Source: Actinomycetota bacterium
GTDB taxonomy: Bacteria > Actinomycetota > Acidimicrobiia > Acidimicrobiales > Ilumatobacteraceae
NCBI GenBank assembly: GCA_039800005.1
Contig: JBDLRN010000064.1
Location: 5,540 to 69,539, forward strand
DNA: 64,000 nt
Direction: 5' to 3'
The notes beneath the pieces are model-generated. The model made no database searches, was not told the DNA's origin, and was given only the letters and a program-made list of their open reading frames with translations. Each line of letters starts with the position of its first letter. Position 1 is the stretch's first letter. The translations under genes were made by a program, and so were the position numbers. Positions 43,907 through 54,446 of this stretch are shown one piece after another.

Positions 43907-45531
43907 TGTCGCTACTCGCTTCCGGAACCGGTGAAGCCCTCTCGTTCCCCATCCTGACCGCGCTCGTGCTGGTCCCGCTGATCGGTGCGATCGCCACTCT
44001 CTTCACGACAGCGCGTCGTCCCGAGATCACCAAGATGGTGGCTCTCTTCTCATCGGTGGTCACCGGCGGAATGAGCCTGTGGTTGCTCGCGTCGTTCGAG
44101 ACCGGTGACGCCGGATTCCAGTTCGTGTCGAAGCACGAGTGGATCCAGTCGTGGGGGATCGGTTGGCATCTCGGTGTCGACGGGATCTCGCTGTTCCTCG
44201 TCGTGCTCACCGGAGTGCTGTTCCCGCTCGCCATCGTCGGCTGCGATCCACATCACGACGAGAAGCCCTACTTGGCCTGGATCCTGATGCTCGAGGCCGG
44301 AGTCATGGGTTCGTTCCTGAGCCTCGACCTCGTCCTGTTCTTCCTCTTCTTCGAGATCGTGCTCGTGCCCATGTACTTCCTCATCGGTCGTTGGGGTTAC
44401 GACCAGCGCGTGTACGCCGCCACCAAGTTCTTCCTGTACACGATGGTGGGTTCGGCGTTCATGTTGGTGGGCATCGTCACCACGGCTCTGCTGGCATCGG
44501 ACCAGCTCGGCGGAGTCACGTTCGATCTGGTCGAGATCGCCGAGGGCGCCAACTTCGCGGCGAGCACCGGTCGTTGGCTGTTCTTCGCCTTTGCCATCGC
44601 CTTCGCCGTGAAGGTTCCGCTCTTCCCATTGCACACGTGGTTGCCCGATGCGCACACTCAGGCCCCGACGGCCGGTTCGGTCATCTTGGCCGGTGTATTG
44701 CTGAAGCTCGGCACCTACGGCCTGGTGCGCTTCGGCGTGTACTTGTTCCCCGAGGCCGCCGTGTGGAGCCGCGAGTTGTTCCTCACTCTCGCCGTGATCG
44801 GCATTCTCTGGGGAGCGATCGCCGCGACCATGCAGACCGATCTGAAGCGACTGGTCGCCTATTCGTCGGTGGCTCACCTCGGTTTCATCGTGCTCGGTAC
44901 GTTCGCCTTCACCACCGAAGCCATCAGCGGCGGGGTGATGCAGATGGTCAACCATGGTGTGTCGACCGGTGCACTCTTCCTCCTGGTCGGCATGATCTAC
45001 GAACGACGCCACACGCGGGCCATCGCCGAGTTGAAGGGCCTGCAGAAGGTCGCGCCGATCTTCGCCGCCGCGTTCATGGTCGTGATGCTCTCGAGCATCG
45101 GTGTTCCCGGCCTCAACGGTTTCGTGGGCGAGTTCCTGGTCCTCATCGGGAGCTTCTCGACCGCTCGCTGGTGGGTCGTGATCGGCACGGTCGGTGTGAT
45201 CCTCGCCGCGCTCTATCTGCTCTGGGCCTACCAGCGGGTCTTCCACGGTGAGCCCGACGAGGCCAACTCGTCGTTCCGCGAGTTGCGCCTGCGAGAGGGT
45301 GCAGTGCTCTTGCCCTTCATCGGCCTCATCGTGTTCTGCGGTCTCTACCCCAAGCCCATGCTCGATCGCATCGAGCCGAGTGTGAAGGTTCTGCTCGAAC
45401 GGGTGGAGGAACGGACAGGCTTCCAGACGTCGACCGGTGATCACTCCCACGGCGACATGCATGGCGATTCCGACGACGAGTCCCACGGCGAGTCCCACGA
45501 CGAGTCCGACAACGAGAAGGGTGAAGGCTGA
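43906..45531 (+). CDS. nuoM: NADH-quinone oxidoreductase subunit M, His/acidic C-terminal tail
   Basis: HTWLPDAHTQAPTAGSVILAGVLLK. Tail TGDHSHGDMHGDSDDESHGESHDESDNEKGEG. Confidence 0.92.
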   Translation: MSLLASGTGEALSFPILTALVLVPLIGAIATLFTTARRPEITKMVALFSSVVTGGMSLWLLASFETGDAGFQFVSKHEWIQSWGIGWHLGVDGISLFLVVLTGVLFPLAIVGCDPHHDEKPYLAWILMLEAGVMGSFLSLDLVLFFLFFEIVLVPMYFLIGRWGYDQRVYAATKFFLYTMVGSAFMLVGIVTTALLASDQLGGVTFDLVEIAEGANFAASTGRWLFFAFAIAFAVKVPLFPLHTWLPDAHTQAPTAGSVILAGVLLKLGTYGLVRFGVYLFPEAAVWSRELFLTLAVIGILWGAIAATMQTDLKRLVAYSSVAHLGFIVLGTFAFTTEAISGGVMQMVNHGVSTGALFLLVGMIYERRHTRAIAELKGLQKVAPIFAAAFMVVMLSSIGVPGLNGFVGEFLVLIGSFSTARWWVVIGTVGVILAALYLLWAYQRVFHGEPDEANSSFRELRLREGAVLLPFIGLIVFCGLYPKPMLDRIEPSVKVLLERVEERTGFQTSTGDHSHGDMHGDSDDESHGESHDESDNEKGEG

Positions 45532-47030
45532 TGCCCCCCATCGACTATCCCGCGATCGACTGGCTGGCCGTCTCGCCCATGATCGTGGTGCTCGTCGGGG
45601 CACTCGTTCTGCTCGTGGTCGGATCGCTCACCCGCATGTGGCCGCGCTCGCTCTACGCCCTCGTCACCGTGGCTGTCGTCGTGCCGGCCGTGATTCTGGA
45701 GATGGTGCTCTGGAACCGAGTCGGGCACGAAGGGCCGGTGTCCATCGTCGACGACGCGCTCTCGATCGATCGTCTGACGCTGTTCGCCTGGATCGGAATC
45801 ACCGTCGCCGTGGGTCTGGTCGCCTTGTCGACGTCGGAGTACCTGCGTCGAGAAGAACTCGACGGCCCCGAGACCTACGCCATGTACCTCGCCGCCGCCA
45901 TCGGTGCCATGGTCATGGCCTCGGCCAACGACTTCGTCGTGATGTTCCTCGGTCTGGAGACCCTGTCGATCGCCCTCTACGTATTGGCGGCGAGCCATCG
46001 TCGTCGCGCCGAGAGCCAAGAGAGCGGTCTCAAGTACTTCGTTCTCGGTGGCTTCGCGTCGGCTTTCTTCCTCTACGGCATCGCGCTCCTCTACGGCTCG
46101 ACCGGCACCACCAACCTGTCGGGTATGGGCGAGTTCCTCAGAGGGCAAGTGTTCCTCGACGGTGACGACGCCATGCTCCTCGCCGGACTGGCCCTGTTGT
46201 TGGTGGGTCTCGGCTTCAAGATCGCCGCCGTGCCGTTCCACTTCTGGACACCCGACGTGTACCAGGGTGCACCGACGCCCACCACGTCGTTCATGGCGTC
46301 GATCGGCAAGTTCGCGGCCTTCGCCGCGATGTTGCGTGTCCTGCTCGTGGCGCTGCCCACTCGCGCCGACGACTGGCGTCCGGTCGTCTGGGTGATGGCC
46401 ATCGCGTCGGTCGTGATCGGCTCGATCCTCGCCGTGGCCCAGACCGACGTGAAGCGCATGCTCGCCTACTCGTCGATCAGCCACGCCGGTTTCATCCTCA
46501 TCGGCGTGGAAGCGGCCGGACACAGTGGCGACACCGCCGGTCTGCCGTCGGCTCTCCTGTACCTGATGCTCTATTCGGTCCTCGTCGTCGGCACGTTCAC
46601 GGTGATCTCCCTCGTGAGTCGTACCGGTGACGGTCGCACCGATCTGGCTTCGTTCCGTGGGCTGTCGAAAGAGCGACCGGCCTTGGCGCTGGCCATGACG
46701 GTGTTCCTCTTCGCCCAGGCCGGAATGCCGGTCACGTCCGGCTTCATCGCCAAGTTCGGCGTGATCAAGGCGGCGGCCGACAACCAGAGTTACGCCGTCG
46801 CCATCGTGGCCATGGTCGCCTCGGTCATCGCTGCCGTCCTCTACCTACGCATCATGATCAGCATGTGGCTGTCGGACGCCGAAACAGGCGACGAAACTCG
46901 CGAGAAGGTTGCCGTTCCGTTCACCTCGGCGATCGTGATCCTGGCCGCGGTGATCTTCACGATCGTGGCCGGTGTGTTCCCGGGCTGGCTGATCGACGCC
47001 AGTCGTGACGCGCTGGCCGTTGTTCGCTGA
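45531..47030 (+). CDS. nuoN: NADH-quinone oxidoreductase subunit N
   Basis: FKIAAVPFHFWTPDVYQGAPTP. Confidence 0.92.
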   Translation: MPPIDYPAIDWLAVSPMIVVLVGALVLLVVGSLTRMWPRSLYALVTVAVVVPAVILEMVLWNRVGHEGPVSIVDDALSIDRLTLFAWIGITVAVGLVALSTSEYLRREELDGPETYAMYLAAAIGAMVMASANDFVVMFLGLETLSIALYVLAASHRRRAESQESGLKYFVLGGFASAFFLYGIALLYGSTGTTNLSGMGEFLRGQVFLDGDDAMLLAGLALLLVGLGFKIAAVPFHFWTPDVYQGAPTPTTSFMASIGKFAAFAAMLRVLLVALPTRADDWRPVVWVMAIASVVIGSILAVAQTDVKRMLAYSSISHAGFILIGVEAAGHSGDTAGLPSALLYLMLYSVLVVGTFTVISLVSRTGDGRTDLASFRGLSKERPALALAMTVFLFAQAGMPVTSGFIAKFGVIKAAADNQSYAVAIVAMVASVIAAVLYLRIMISMWLSDAETGDETREKVAVPFTSAIVILAAVIFTIVAGVFPGWLIDASRDALAVVR

Positions 47031-47055
47031 TTCTCTGTTCCGGCCCCAGTGTTGC

Positions 47056-47079
47056 GGTGTGTCCCGACGGGCACACACC
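47056..47079 (+). terminator. Hairpin after nuoN (terminator-like, no T-tract)
   Basis: GGTGTGT-CCCGACGGGC-ACACACC, 26 nt after the nuoN stop. Confidence 0.3.
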
Positions 47080-47098
47080 TGCGTGACAGACTGGCGTC

Positions 47099-47869
47099 GT
47101 GCTGACACCCCCGGCCTATCTCTCGCCGTCGTCGATCGGTACGTATCGGGACTGCCCGCAGAAATTCAAGTTCTCGCGCATCGACGGACTGAAAGAGCCA
47201 CCCACCTGGGCCACCCACCTCGGAACCTTCGTCCACGAGGTGCTCGAACACCTCTACCAACTCGATCCCGACGAACGCACCGTCGACGCAGTTCGCACGC
47301 TGGCGGGGGAGCGGTGGCGGATCAGCGATTGGGAAGCCGCGGTCCTGGCCCTCGAGAACCGGCCCGGTGAGATCAAGGACTTCAAGGTCCAGGCCTTTGC
47401 GTGCATGCAGAACCTCTGGAAGCTCGAGGAGCCCCGTGAGGTCGAACTGATGGGCATGGAGCACGAAGTCAAGGTGTCCGTCGAGGGAGTCGCTCTGCGC
47501 GGATTCATCGATCGCTTCCTGATCGGTGACGACGGGGCGGTCGTGATCGGCGACTACAAGACCGGCAAGGTACCCAATCCGCGCTTCACGTCCGAAGACG
47601 CCAAGTTCTTCCAGTTGCTCACCTACGCGCTCATGTTGCGCGAATCCGATCAGGAAGAGACGTCACGCGTCGAGTTGCTCTATCTGAAGGACGGGGTCCG
47701 GCACGACGTCACCGTCACGCCGGTGAAGTTGGCCATCGCCCAGGGAACCATCGTCGAGACCAAGGAAGCCATCGACGCGGCGTGTGATCGTGGCGAGTTC
47801 GAATGCAACGTGACCAAACTCTGCGACTGGTGTTATTTCAAGCCCCAGTGTCCGGCCCACCAGAAGTAG
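47099..47869 (+). CDS. PD-(D/E)XK nuclease, RecB/Cas4-like with 4-Cys cluster
   Basis: YRDCPQKF...GFIDRF...VIGDYKTGK...CDWCYFKPQC, i.e. C-x(n)-C-x2-C-x5-C. Confidence 0.75.
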   Translation: MLTPPAYLSPSSIGTYRDCPQKFKFSRIDGLKEPPTWATHLGTFVHEVLEHLYQLDPDERTVDAVRTLAGERWRISDWEAAVLALENRPGEIKDFKVQAFACMQNLWKLEEPREVELMGMEHEVKVSVEGVALRGFIDRFLIGDDGAVVIGDYKTGKVPNPRFTSEDAKFFQLLTYALMLRESDQEETSRVELLYLKDGVRHDVTVTPVKLAIAQGTIVETKEAIDAACDRGEFECNVTKLCDWCYFKPQCPAHQK

Positions 47870-47870
47870 T

Positions 47871-48566
47871 TCAGCGCGCGACGCGGATCAACCTGTCGAA
47901 CAGTCGTTGCTGTTCGGGGTCGACATCGGCCGAGTCCTCGGGATGCCACTGCACACCGACGACCCAGGTCTTGCGGGTGGCTTCGACGGCTTCGATCGTT
48001 CCGTCGTCGTGACGGCCGACCACGTGCAGATCGTCGGCGACGCGATCGAGGCATTGATGATGGTACGAATGGCAGCGAGCCGGACGTGCGGTCGCCATGG
48101 CCTCGGCGACCCGAGAGCCGCCCTCGAGTTCGACCGGATGGAACTCCTTGGTGTGCCCCGGTGCGGTGATGTGCTGCACGAGGGTTCCACCGAGCGACAC
48201 GTTCAGGATCTGGATGCCGCGACAGATGGCCAGGATCGGCTTGTCGGCCCGCCAGAAGGCGTCGACGACCGCGAGCTCGACGGCGTCGTGCCGATCGTTG
48301 ACGCCGTACAGCTGTGGTGCGTTCGTCTCCTGCCCGTAGCGAGCCGGATTCACGTCACCGCCGCCGTGCAACACGAGCGCGTCGCACGCGGCGACGAGTC
48401 GGTCGATCGACGCACGGTCGAAGTCGAGTGGGGGAACGATGACCGGAGTACCACCGGCGCGGGCGACGGCTTCGGAGTAGCGCCGTCCGGCTCCGAAGGC
48501 CTCGCCGCGCACCCCCGGTCCTTCGGGCATCTCCCGTCCGACGATCGACACGAGTGGTGACGTCAT
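47871..48566 (-). CDS. Gamma-glutamyl-GABA hydrolase-like class I glutamine amidotransferase (peptidase C26)
   Basis: ORF trimmed to ATG 48566 (MTSPLVSIVG). AICRGIQILN nucleophile motif. VQWHPE. Confidence 0.75.
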   Translation of the reverse strand: MTSPLVSIVGREMPEGPGVRGEAFGAGRRYSEAVARAGGTPVIVPPLDFDRASIDRLVAACDALVLHGGGDVNPARYGQETNAPQLYGVNDRHDAVELAVVDAFWRADKPILAICRGIQILNVSLGGTLVQHITAPGHTKEFHPVELEGGSRVAEAMATARPARCHSYHHQCLDRVADDLHVVGRHDDGTIEAVEATRKTWVVGVQWHPEDSADVDPEQQRLFDRLIRVAR

Positions 48567-48607
48567 CGGATCATTGTGCCAGGTGGGCGACACGGCATGA
48601 TGTCTCC

Positions 48608-49681
48608 ATGAGTTCACTCTTCGACACCGTGTCGTTCGCCCACGGACCGTCCATGCCCAATCGCTTCATGCTTGCGCCGCTCACCAACATGCAGAGTCAC
48701 GCCGACGGAACGTTGTCCGACGACGAGAAGAATTGGCTCGTGAAGCGGGCCGAGGGCGGATTCGGTCTGGTGATGACCTGTGCCGCTCACGTGCAGAAGC
48801 GCGGACAGGGATTCCCCGGACAACTCGGCACGTTCGCCGACGATCACGTGCCGGGTCTCGCCGGTCTGGCGAGTGCCATCAAGAGTCACGGCAGTGTGGC
48901 CGTGGTGCAGTTGCATCACGCCGGGCATCGTTCGCCCAAGGACCTGATCGGTGAAGCGCCGGTCTGTCCGTCGGACGATCCGGAGACCGGAGCGCGTGCG
49001 CTTTCCACTGAGGAGACCGAGCAGTTGATCGCCGATTTCGTGGCCGCCGCGGTGCGCTGCGATCGAGCCGGTTTCGACGGTGTCGAACTGCACGGCGCCC
49101 ACGACTACATGATCTGCGAGTACCTCAACCCGGAACTCAACCGACGTACCGATCACTACGGTGGGTCGTTGGAGAACCGATCGCGACTGTTGATGGAGAT
49201 CGTGGCCGGGATCCGCCGCGACTGTCGCTCCGACTTCAATCTGTCCGTTCGACTGTCACCCGAGCGATTCGGTATGCGCACCCCGGAGATCCGTGAAGTG
49301 TTCGGCTCGTTGGTCGACGCGGGAGTCGATTTCGTCGACATGTCGTTGTGGGACGTGTTCAAGGAACCGGCCGATCCCGACTTCGCCGGTCGACGGCTGA
49401 TCGACGTCTTCGCCGAATTGCCGCGGGGGCGAACTCGTCTCGCGGTGGCCGGCAAGTTGTACTCAGCGGCCGATGCGCAACGCGCCATCGACGCCGGAGC
49501 CGACATCGCGGTACTCGGACGCGCAGCGATCCTGCACCACGACTTCCCCCGACTCGCGAAGGACGACGCCCAGTTCGTGATGCGCGATCTCCCGGTCTCT
49601 CCCGAGACGCTGAAGAGCGAAGGGTTGTCCGACTCGTTCGTCGGCTACATGCGCAACTGGCCGGGTTTCGTCACCGAGTGA
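48608..49681 (+). CDS. NADH:flavin oxidoreductase (Old Yellow Enzyme family)
   Basis: ATG 48608. NRFMLAPLTN, VQLHHAGH, GVELHGAHDYMI, RLSPERF. Confidence 0.75.
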   Translation: MSSLFDTVSFAHGPSMPNRFMLAPLTNMQSHADGTLSDDEKNWLVKRAEGGFGLVMTCAAHVQKRGQGFPGQLGTFADDHVPGLAGLASAIKSHGSVAVVQLHHAGHRSPKDLIGEAPVCPSDDPETGARALSTEETEQLIADFVAAAVRCDRAGFDGVELHGAHDYMICEYLNPELNRRTDHYGGSLENRSRLLMEIVAGIRRDCRSDFNLSVRLSPERFGMRTPEIREVFGSLVDAGVDFVDMSLWDVFKEPADPDFAGRRLIDVFAELPRGRTRLAVAGKLYSAADAQRAIDAGADIAVLGRAAILHHDFPRLAKDDAQFVMRDLPVSPETLKSEGLSDSFVGYMRNWPGFVTE

Positions 49682-49700
49682 CGATCGTGACGGTCGCGGC

Positions 49701-50909
49701 TCAGTCGCGTAGGTCGTAACCGGCCGCGCGAACAGCGTCGACGATGCGTTCGGCGTGTTCGGGTCCGCGCACCTCGAGAACGGCGTTCACACCTGTTTCA
49801 CGCACGTGCAGGTCGACCCCCTCGCGCACGTGCTCGATGTCGATCACACTCGCGCCGTTGTCGGCGAAGACCGTGAGCAGTTTGGCGAGTCCACCAGGGC
49901 GGTCGCTCACCCGCACGAAGAGGATGAGTCGACGCCCGGCTTGGGTCTCGTGACGTCGGATGAGGCCGGGCACCACGCCGAGATCGACGTTGCCTCCCGA
50001 CAGCACGACGCAGGTGGTGCCATGACGCGCCGGTGCGACGCGTTCCGACAGAAGTGCGGCCACACCGACCGCACCAGCGCCTTCCACGTACAACTTGGCG
50101 CGCTCCATGAGATACACCATCGAATCGGCGACCGCGTCTTCGTCGACCACCACCACGTCGTCGATCCAGTTCTCGACGAGCGGCTCGGTGTACTGGCCCG
50201 GACGCTTCACCGCGATCCCGTCGGCGAGAGTGACGACCGGACCCGACGGCACGACGCCGTTGGCGTACGGCGCGCACGCCTCCACTTGGACGCCGATCAC
50301 CTTGATCGAAGGGTCGTGCATCTTCACGGCGATCGCCACACCGGTCGCCAGTCCACCACCGCCGAGGGGAACGATCACTCGACGCAAATCCGACACGTCG
50401 TCGATCAATTCGAGTCCGAGCGTGGCCTGTCCGGCGATTACGATCGGATCGTCGTACGGATGGCAGAACGTCATTCCGGTTTCGCTCGAGTGCTGGCGCG
50501 CGAAGCCGACGGCGTCGTCGAGTGAATCGCCACCTTCGATGACGTTGGCGCCGAATTCGCGACACGCCGCGATCTTGGCGATCGGGGCATTGGTCGGCAC
50601 GAAGATGTCGCACGGTGCGCCGAACTCGCGGGCGGCGAAGGCGAGTGACTGTGCGTGATTTCCCGCACTACCGGCCGTGACCCCGCAGCGCGCCGCATCG
50701 CCGAGCGAGGCCAGTTTGTTCATCGCGCCGCGAATCTTGAAACTCCCGGTGCGTTGCAGGTTTTCGGCTTTCAGCACCACCTGGCCGCCCGTGCGCTGCG
50801 ACAGCGTGTACGACCCGGTGATCGGCGTGTGTTGGACGACCCCGACGCCGGCGGCCCGGGCCGCGTCGATCTGCGCCCGGGTGATCTCCGGGACCCCGCT
50901 CTTCCCCAT
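49701..50909 (-). CDS. ilvA: Threonine ammonia-lyase (short form with ACT-like domain)
   Basis: GSFKIRGA PLP-lysine motif, SAGNHAQ, LGGGGL. C-terminal regulatory domain. Confidence 0.8.
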   Translation of the reverse strand: MGKSGVPEITRAQIDAARAAGVGVVQHTPITGSYTLSQRTGGQVVLKAENLQRTGSFKIRGAMNKLASLGDAARCGVTAGSAGNHAQSLAFAAREFGAPCDIFVPTNAPIAKIAACREFGANVIEGGDSLDDAVGFARQHSSETGMTFCHPYDDPIVIAGQATLGLELIDDVSDLRRVIVPLGGGGLATGVAIAVKMHDPSIKVIGVQVEACAPYANGVVPSGPVVTLADGIAVKRPGQYTEPLVENWIDDVVVVDEDAVADSMVYLMERAKLYVEGAGAVGVAALLSERVAPARHGTTCVVLSGGNVDLGVVPGLIRRHETQAGRRLILFVRVSDRPGGLAKLLTVFADNGASVIDIEHVREGVDLHVRETGVNAVLEVRGPEHAERIVDAVRAAGYDLRD

Positions 50910-50929
50910 GCGCGGTCTACCGTACCGGT

Positions 50930-51628
50930 GTGCGCGCCCTCGTGATCGCCAACGCCGACGACGCCGATCCCGGGATCGTGGGGGAGCGGTTCCGCCACCA
51001 CGGGGTGGCCTTCGCCGACGGATTCCGGGAGCACCCCGGCGACTGGCCCGATCTGGCCGGCCGAGACCTGGTCCTCCTGCTCGGGTCGGAGTGGAGCGTC
51101 TATTGGGACCAGGTGGCCGACTCGGTCCGAGCCGAATGTGCGCTCGTGAACGAGGCCGTTCGGCGGGGGACCCCGGTCTTCGCCATCTGTTTCGGGGCCC
51201 AGATCACCGCGAAAGCCCTGGGTGGGACGGTCGAGCGGGCTCGGCGCCCCGAGGTCGGCTGGCACCGCGTCGACAGCGATCGGCCCGATCTGATCGAGTC
51301 CGGCCCCTGGTTGCAGTGGCATTTCGACACCTTCACCGTCCCAGCCGGGCTCACCGAGATCGCCCGCAGCCCGTCGGGACCCCAGGCCATGGTGGGTCCA
51401 CGGCTGCTGGCCACCCAGTTCCATCCGGAAGCGACCGAGACCATGTTGTCGCAGTGGACCTCGGGTGACCCCGACGACCTCATCCGGTTGGGCCTCGACC
51501 CCGACCAGATCATGGCCGACACCCGACGCGAGGTCGTGGCCAGCCGCCCGCGGGCCGAAGCTCTGGTCGACTGGTTCGTCGAACAGCACCTGGGACGAGT
51601 CGGGGTCCGGGTCGCGACGAGCGAATAG
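50930..51628 (+). CDS. Type 1 glutamine amidotransferase-domain protein
   Basis: VFAICFGAQ nucleophile elbow. TQFHPE. Confidence 0.7.
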   Translation: MRALVIANADDADPGIVGERFRHHGVAFADGFREHPGDWPDLAGRDLVLLLGSEWSVYWDQVADSVRAECALVNEAVRRGTPVFAICFGAQITAKALGGTVERARRPEVGWHRVDSDRPDLIESGPWLQWHFDTFTVPAGLTEIARSPSGPQAMVGPRLLATQFHPEATETMLSQWTSGDPDDLIRLGLDPDQIMADTRREVVASRPRAEALVDWFVEQHLGRVGVRVATSE

Positions 51629-51674
51629 AGGTCACACGCTGGGCCGAAGTTGGGTCGTGGTTCGACCCTCGTAG

Positions 51675-51680
51675 TAGCGT
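51675..51680 (+). promoter_or_regulatory. Candidate -10 box (TAGCGT) 9 nt upstream of the second nuoA
   Basis: TTGGGT (51650-55), 19 nt, TAGCGT, CTCACGACG, ATG(51690). Confidence 0.35.
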
Positions 51681-51689
51681 CTCACGACG

Positions 51690-52055
51690 ATGTCGGACTT
51701 TCTGAGGTCGTACCTCACCGTCTTCTGGTTCGGGCTGGCGGCCCTCCTTTTGGCCTCCCTCTTGTTGGGGATCTCCGCCCTCATCCGCCCGGTACGTCCC
51801 ACCCGGGAGAAGTTGCTCACCTACGAGAGCGGTGTCGATCCGGTCGGTGACGGCTGGACGCAGAGCCAGATTCGTTATTACGTCTTCGCCCTGTTGTTCG
51901 TCGTGTTCGACGTGGAAGCCGTCTTCATCTTCCCGTGGGCCACTCAACTCGAGCGCTATGGCACCTTCGGCCTGGTCGAAATGGGTGTCTTCGTCGGAGT
52001 TCTCTTGCTCGGTCTCGTCTACGCCTGGCGCAAGGGCGTCCTTCGCTGGGTGTAA
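51690..52055 (+). CDS. nuoA: NADH-quinone oxidoreductase subunit A (second cluster)
   Basis: YESGVDP...FDVEAVFIFPWA. Confidence 0.88.
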   Translation: MSDFLRSYLTVFWFGLAALLLASLLLGISALIRPVRPTREKLLTYESGVDPVGDGWTQSQIRYYVFALLFVVFDVEAVFIFPWATQLERYGTFGLVEMGVFVGVLLLGLVYAWRKGVLRWV

Positions 52056-52070
52056 TCACAAAGGAGTCAC

Positions 52071-52625
52071 ATGGGTCTCGTCGACCGCGGGCGGCTCCCC
52101 AAGCCGCTGAATTCACTGCTCAACCTCGGACGCTCCTACTCGATGTGGGTGTATCAGTGGGGACTCGCGTGTTGCGCCATCGAGATGGGCGCGGCGTTCG
52201 GCTCACCGCGTTACGACGTGATGCGTCTCGGTGTGATCCCGTTGCCCGCCAGCCCTCGTCAGGCCGACCTGGTCGTGATCTCGGGAACCGTGACCGACAA
52301 GATGGCACCGGCCATCAAGCGTCTCTACGAGCAGATGCCCGATCCGAAATACGTGATCTCGATGGGTTCGTGCGCCAACTGCGGCGGCCCGTACTGGGAC
52401 AGCTACTCGGTCACCAAGGGAGTCGATCAGTTGATCCCGGTCGACGTGTACATCCCGGGTTGTCCGCCGCGGCCCGAAGCACTCCTCGAAGGTGTGGTTC
52501 TTCTGCAGCAGCGCATTCGCAACGAGGACATGGGTGCCCGTTGGCGTGGCGAGGGCTCCAAGCCCATCGTCGTCGAGGACCGTGGACGTCGCAGCCTGAA
52601 GGCGGGTGAGCCGAGTGTCGTCTGA
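52071..52625 (+). CDS. nuoB: NADH-quinone oxidoreductase subunit B (second cluster)
   Basis: [26 protein letters not shown]. Confidence 0.92.
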   Translation: MGLVDRGRLPKPLNSLLNLGRSYSMWVYQWGLACCAIEMGAAFGSPRYDVMRLGVIPLPASPRQADLVVISGTVTDKMAPAIKRLYEQMPDPKYVISMGSCANCGGPYWDSYSVTKGVDQLIPVDVYIPGCPPRPEALLEGVVLLQQRIRNEDMGARWRGEGSKPIVVEDRGRRSLKAGEPSVV

Positions 52626-53268
52626 CGCCCCGGTCGCCGAGATTCCCGGCGACACACTTCGCGAACGCATCGTCGACGACCTGCGCTCGCACATCGGCGA
52701 CGCCCTCGTCGACAGCCTGGTGAAGCCGGGTGACGACGTGTGGGTGCGCGTTCGCCCCGACGCCTGGCTCGACACCGCGCGGACTCTTCGTCAGCAGATG
52801 GGCTTCGATTACTTCTGCTTCCTCTCGGCCATCGACTGGATGCCGTCGCCGTACGGCAAGGGTGAAGACGACCCCACCGCCCCGCCGCCCGAGCGCGACG
52901 ACACCATCCGCCAGGGTTACGCCGGTGGTGACACTCGGTTCCAGATGCTGGCTCGAGTCACGCATCCGACACTCCATGTGGGCGTCAACGTGAAGTGTGA
53001 CCTCGACGACGCTCAGCCGGTCGTCGATTCGTGGATCCCCGTGTACGCCGGCGCCAATTGGCACGAGCGCGAGACACACGAGATGTTCGGCATCGGATTC
53101 AACGGCCACCCCGATCTGCGCAACATGTACCTGCCCACCGACTTCGAGGGTCATCCGCTTCGCAAGGACTTCCCGCTGCTCGCGCGCATGGTCAAACCGT
53201 GGCCGGGCATCGTCGACGTGGAACCCCTCCCCGGTGGCGGCGACGACGAGGAAGGTGACGGAGAATGA
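52606..53268 (+). CDS. nuoC: NADH-quinone oxidoreductase subunit C (second cluster)
   Basis: [40 protein letters not shown]. Start at GTG 52606 or 52615. Confidence 0.88.
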   Translation: MSRVSSDAPVAEIPGDTLRERIVDDLRSHIGDALVDSLVKPGDDVWVRVRPDAWLDTARTLRQQMGFDYFCFLSAIDWMPSPYGKGEDDPTAPPPERDDTIRQGYAGGDTRFQMLARVTHPTLHVGVNVKCDLDDAQPVVDSWIPVYAGANWHERETHEMFGIGFNGHPDLRNMYLPTDFEGHPLRKDFPLLARMVKPWPGIVDVEPLPGGGDDEEGDGE

Positions 53269-54446
53269 CCTCGACCGAATCGCTGATCGACCGTCGTCAG
53301 ATGGCGTACATCGCGGCCCAGGCCTCCGATGCCCGTCTCAACGTCGAACTCGAGACCGAGGGCATGACCCTCAACATCGGACCGCAGCACCCGGCCACGC
53401 ACGGGACCCTGCGCATCATCGCCCGTCTCGACGGCGAACAGGTGGTGTGGGCCGAGCCGTCGTGCGGCTACATGCACCGCGGATACGAGAAGCTCACCGA
53501 AGTGCGCACCTATCCGCAGGTGACCACTCTCGTCAACCGCATCGACTGGCTCGGATCGTTCGCCAACGAGGTGCCGTTCATCCTGGCGGCCGAGAAGTTG
53601 ATGGGTATCGAGGCACCGCCGCGTGCCCAGTGGATCCGCACGATCCTCTTCGAGTTGTCGCGCATCGCCAACGTGTCGTTGTTCCTCGGCGACCTCGGTG
53701 TGCAGATGGGTGCCATCACACCGGTGTTCATGGCGTTCCGCGACCGCGAATACGTGCTCAACCTCATCGAAGGAGCCACGGGTGGTCGCTTCCATCCCAA
53801 CTTCGACCGTATCGGCGGCTTGAAGGACGATCTGCCGGCCGGATTCGTCGACGAGACCCGCGCCGTGATGAAGAAGTTGCGCAACTTCTGCGACGAGATC
53901 GAAAACCTGCTGTTCGGCAACGAGATCTTCCAGAGTCGTATGCGTGGCATCGGTGTGATCCCGAAGGACGTCGCTCTGCAGTACGGCCTGTCGGGCGCCA
54001 ACCTGCGCGCGAGCGGTGTCGACTGGGACCTGCGCCGTGATCAGTCGCTTCCCATGGCCTGGAACAAGGTCGACTGGAAGGTCTGGACCCATCCCGACGG
54101 CGACTCGTTCGCTCGTTGCTGGGTGCGTCTCCAGGAGACGCGGGAAGCGACGCTCATCGTCGACCAGCTGCTCGACTCGATTCCGTCCGGCCCGGTCATG
54201 GCCAAGGTGCCGCGCATCATCAAGGTGCCCGAAGGTGAGGCGTGGGTCTCGACCGAGAACCCGCTCGGCGAGATGGGCTACTACGTCGTGAGCAAGGGCG
54301 ACCTCGGACCGTTCCGCACCAAGATCCGCTCGGCGAGCTTCAACAACATCTCGATCGTGCCGTGGGTGCTGAAGGGTGTCTACGTCCCCGACATCATCAC
54401 GATCCTGGCGTCGCTGTACTTCATCCTCGGAGACATCGATCGCTGA
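53265..54446 (+). CDS. nuoD: NADH-quinone oxidoreductase subunit D (second cluster)
   Basis: [16 protein letters not shown]-terminal [13 protein letters not shown] overlap with nuoC. Confidence 0.92.
   Translation: MTSTESLIDRRQMAYIAAQASDARLNVELETEGMTLNIGPQHPATHGTLRIIARLDGEQVVWAEPSCGYMHRGYEKLTEVRTYPQVTTLVNRIDWLGSFANEVPFILAAEKLMGIEAPPRAQWIRTILFELSRIANVSLFLGDLGVQMGAITPVFMAFRDREYVLNLIEGATGGRFHPNFDRIGGLKDDLPAGFVDETRAVMKKLRNFCDEIENLLFGNEIFQSRMRGIGVIPKDVALQYGLSGANLRASGVDWDLRRDQSLPMAWNKVDWKVWTHPDGDSFARCWVRLQETREATLIVDQLLDSIPSGPVMAKVPRIIKVPEGEAWVSTENPLGEMGYYVVSKGDLGPFRTKIRSASFNNISIVPWVLKGVYVPDIITILASLYFILGDIDR

Noticed and set aside
51651-51667. GGGTCGTGGTTCGACCC resembles a tRNA T-arm (GGTTCGA).
   Set aside because: The stem is 6 bp with a 5-nt loop. 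No acceptor, D or anticodon arms can be drawn around it. It overlaps the putative -35 and spacer of the second nuoA promoter.
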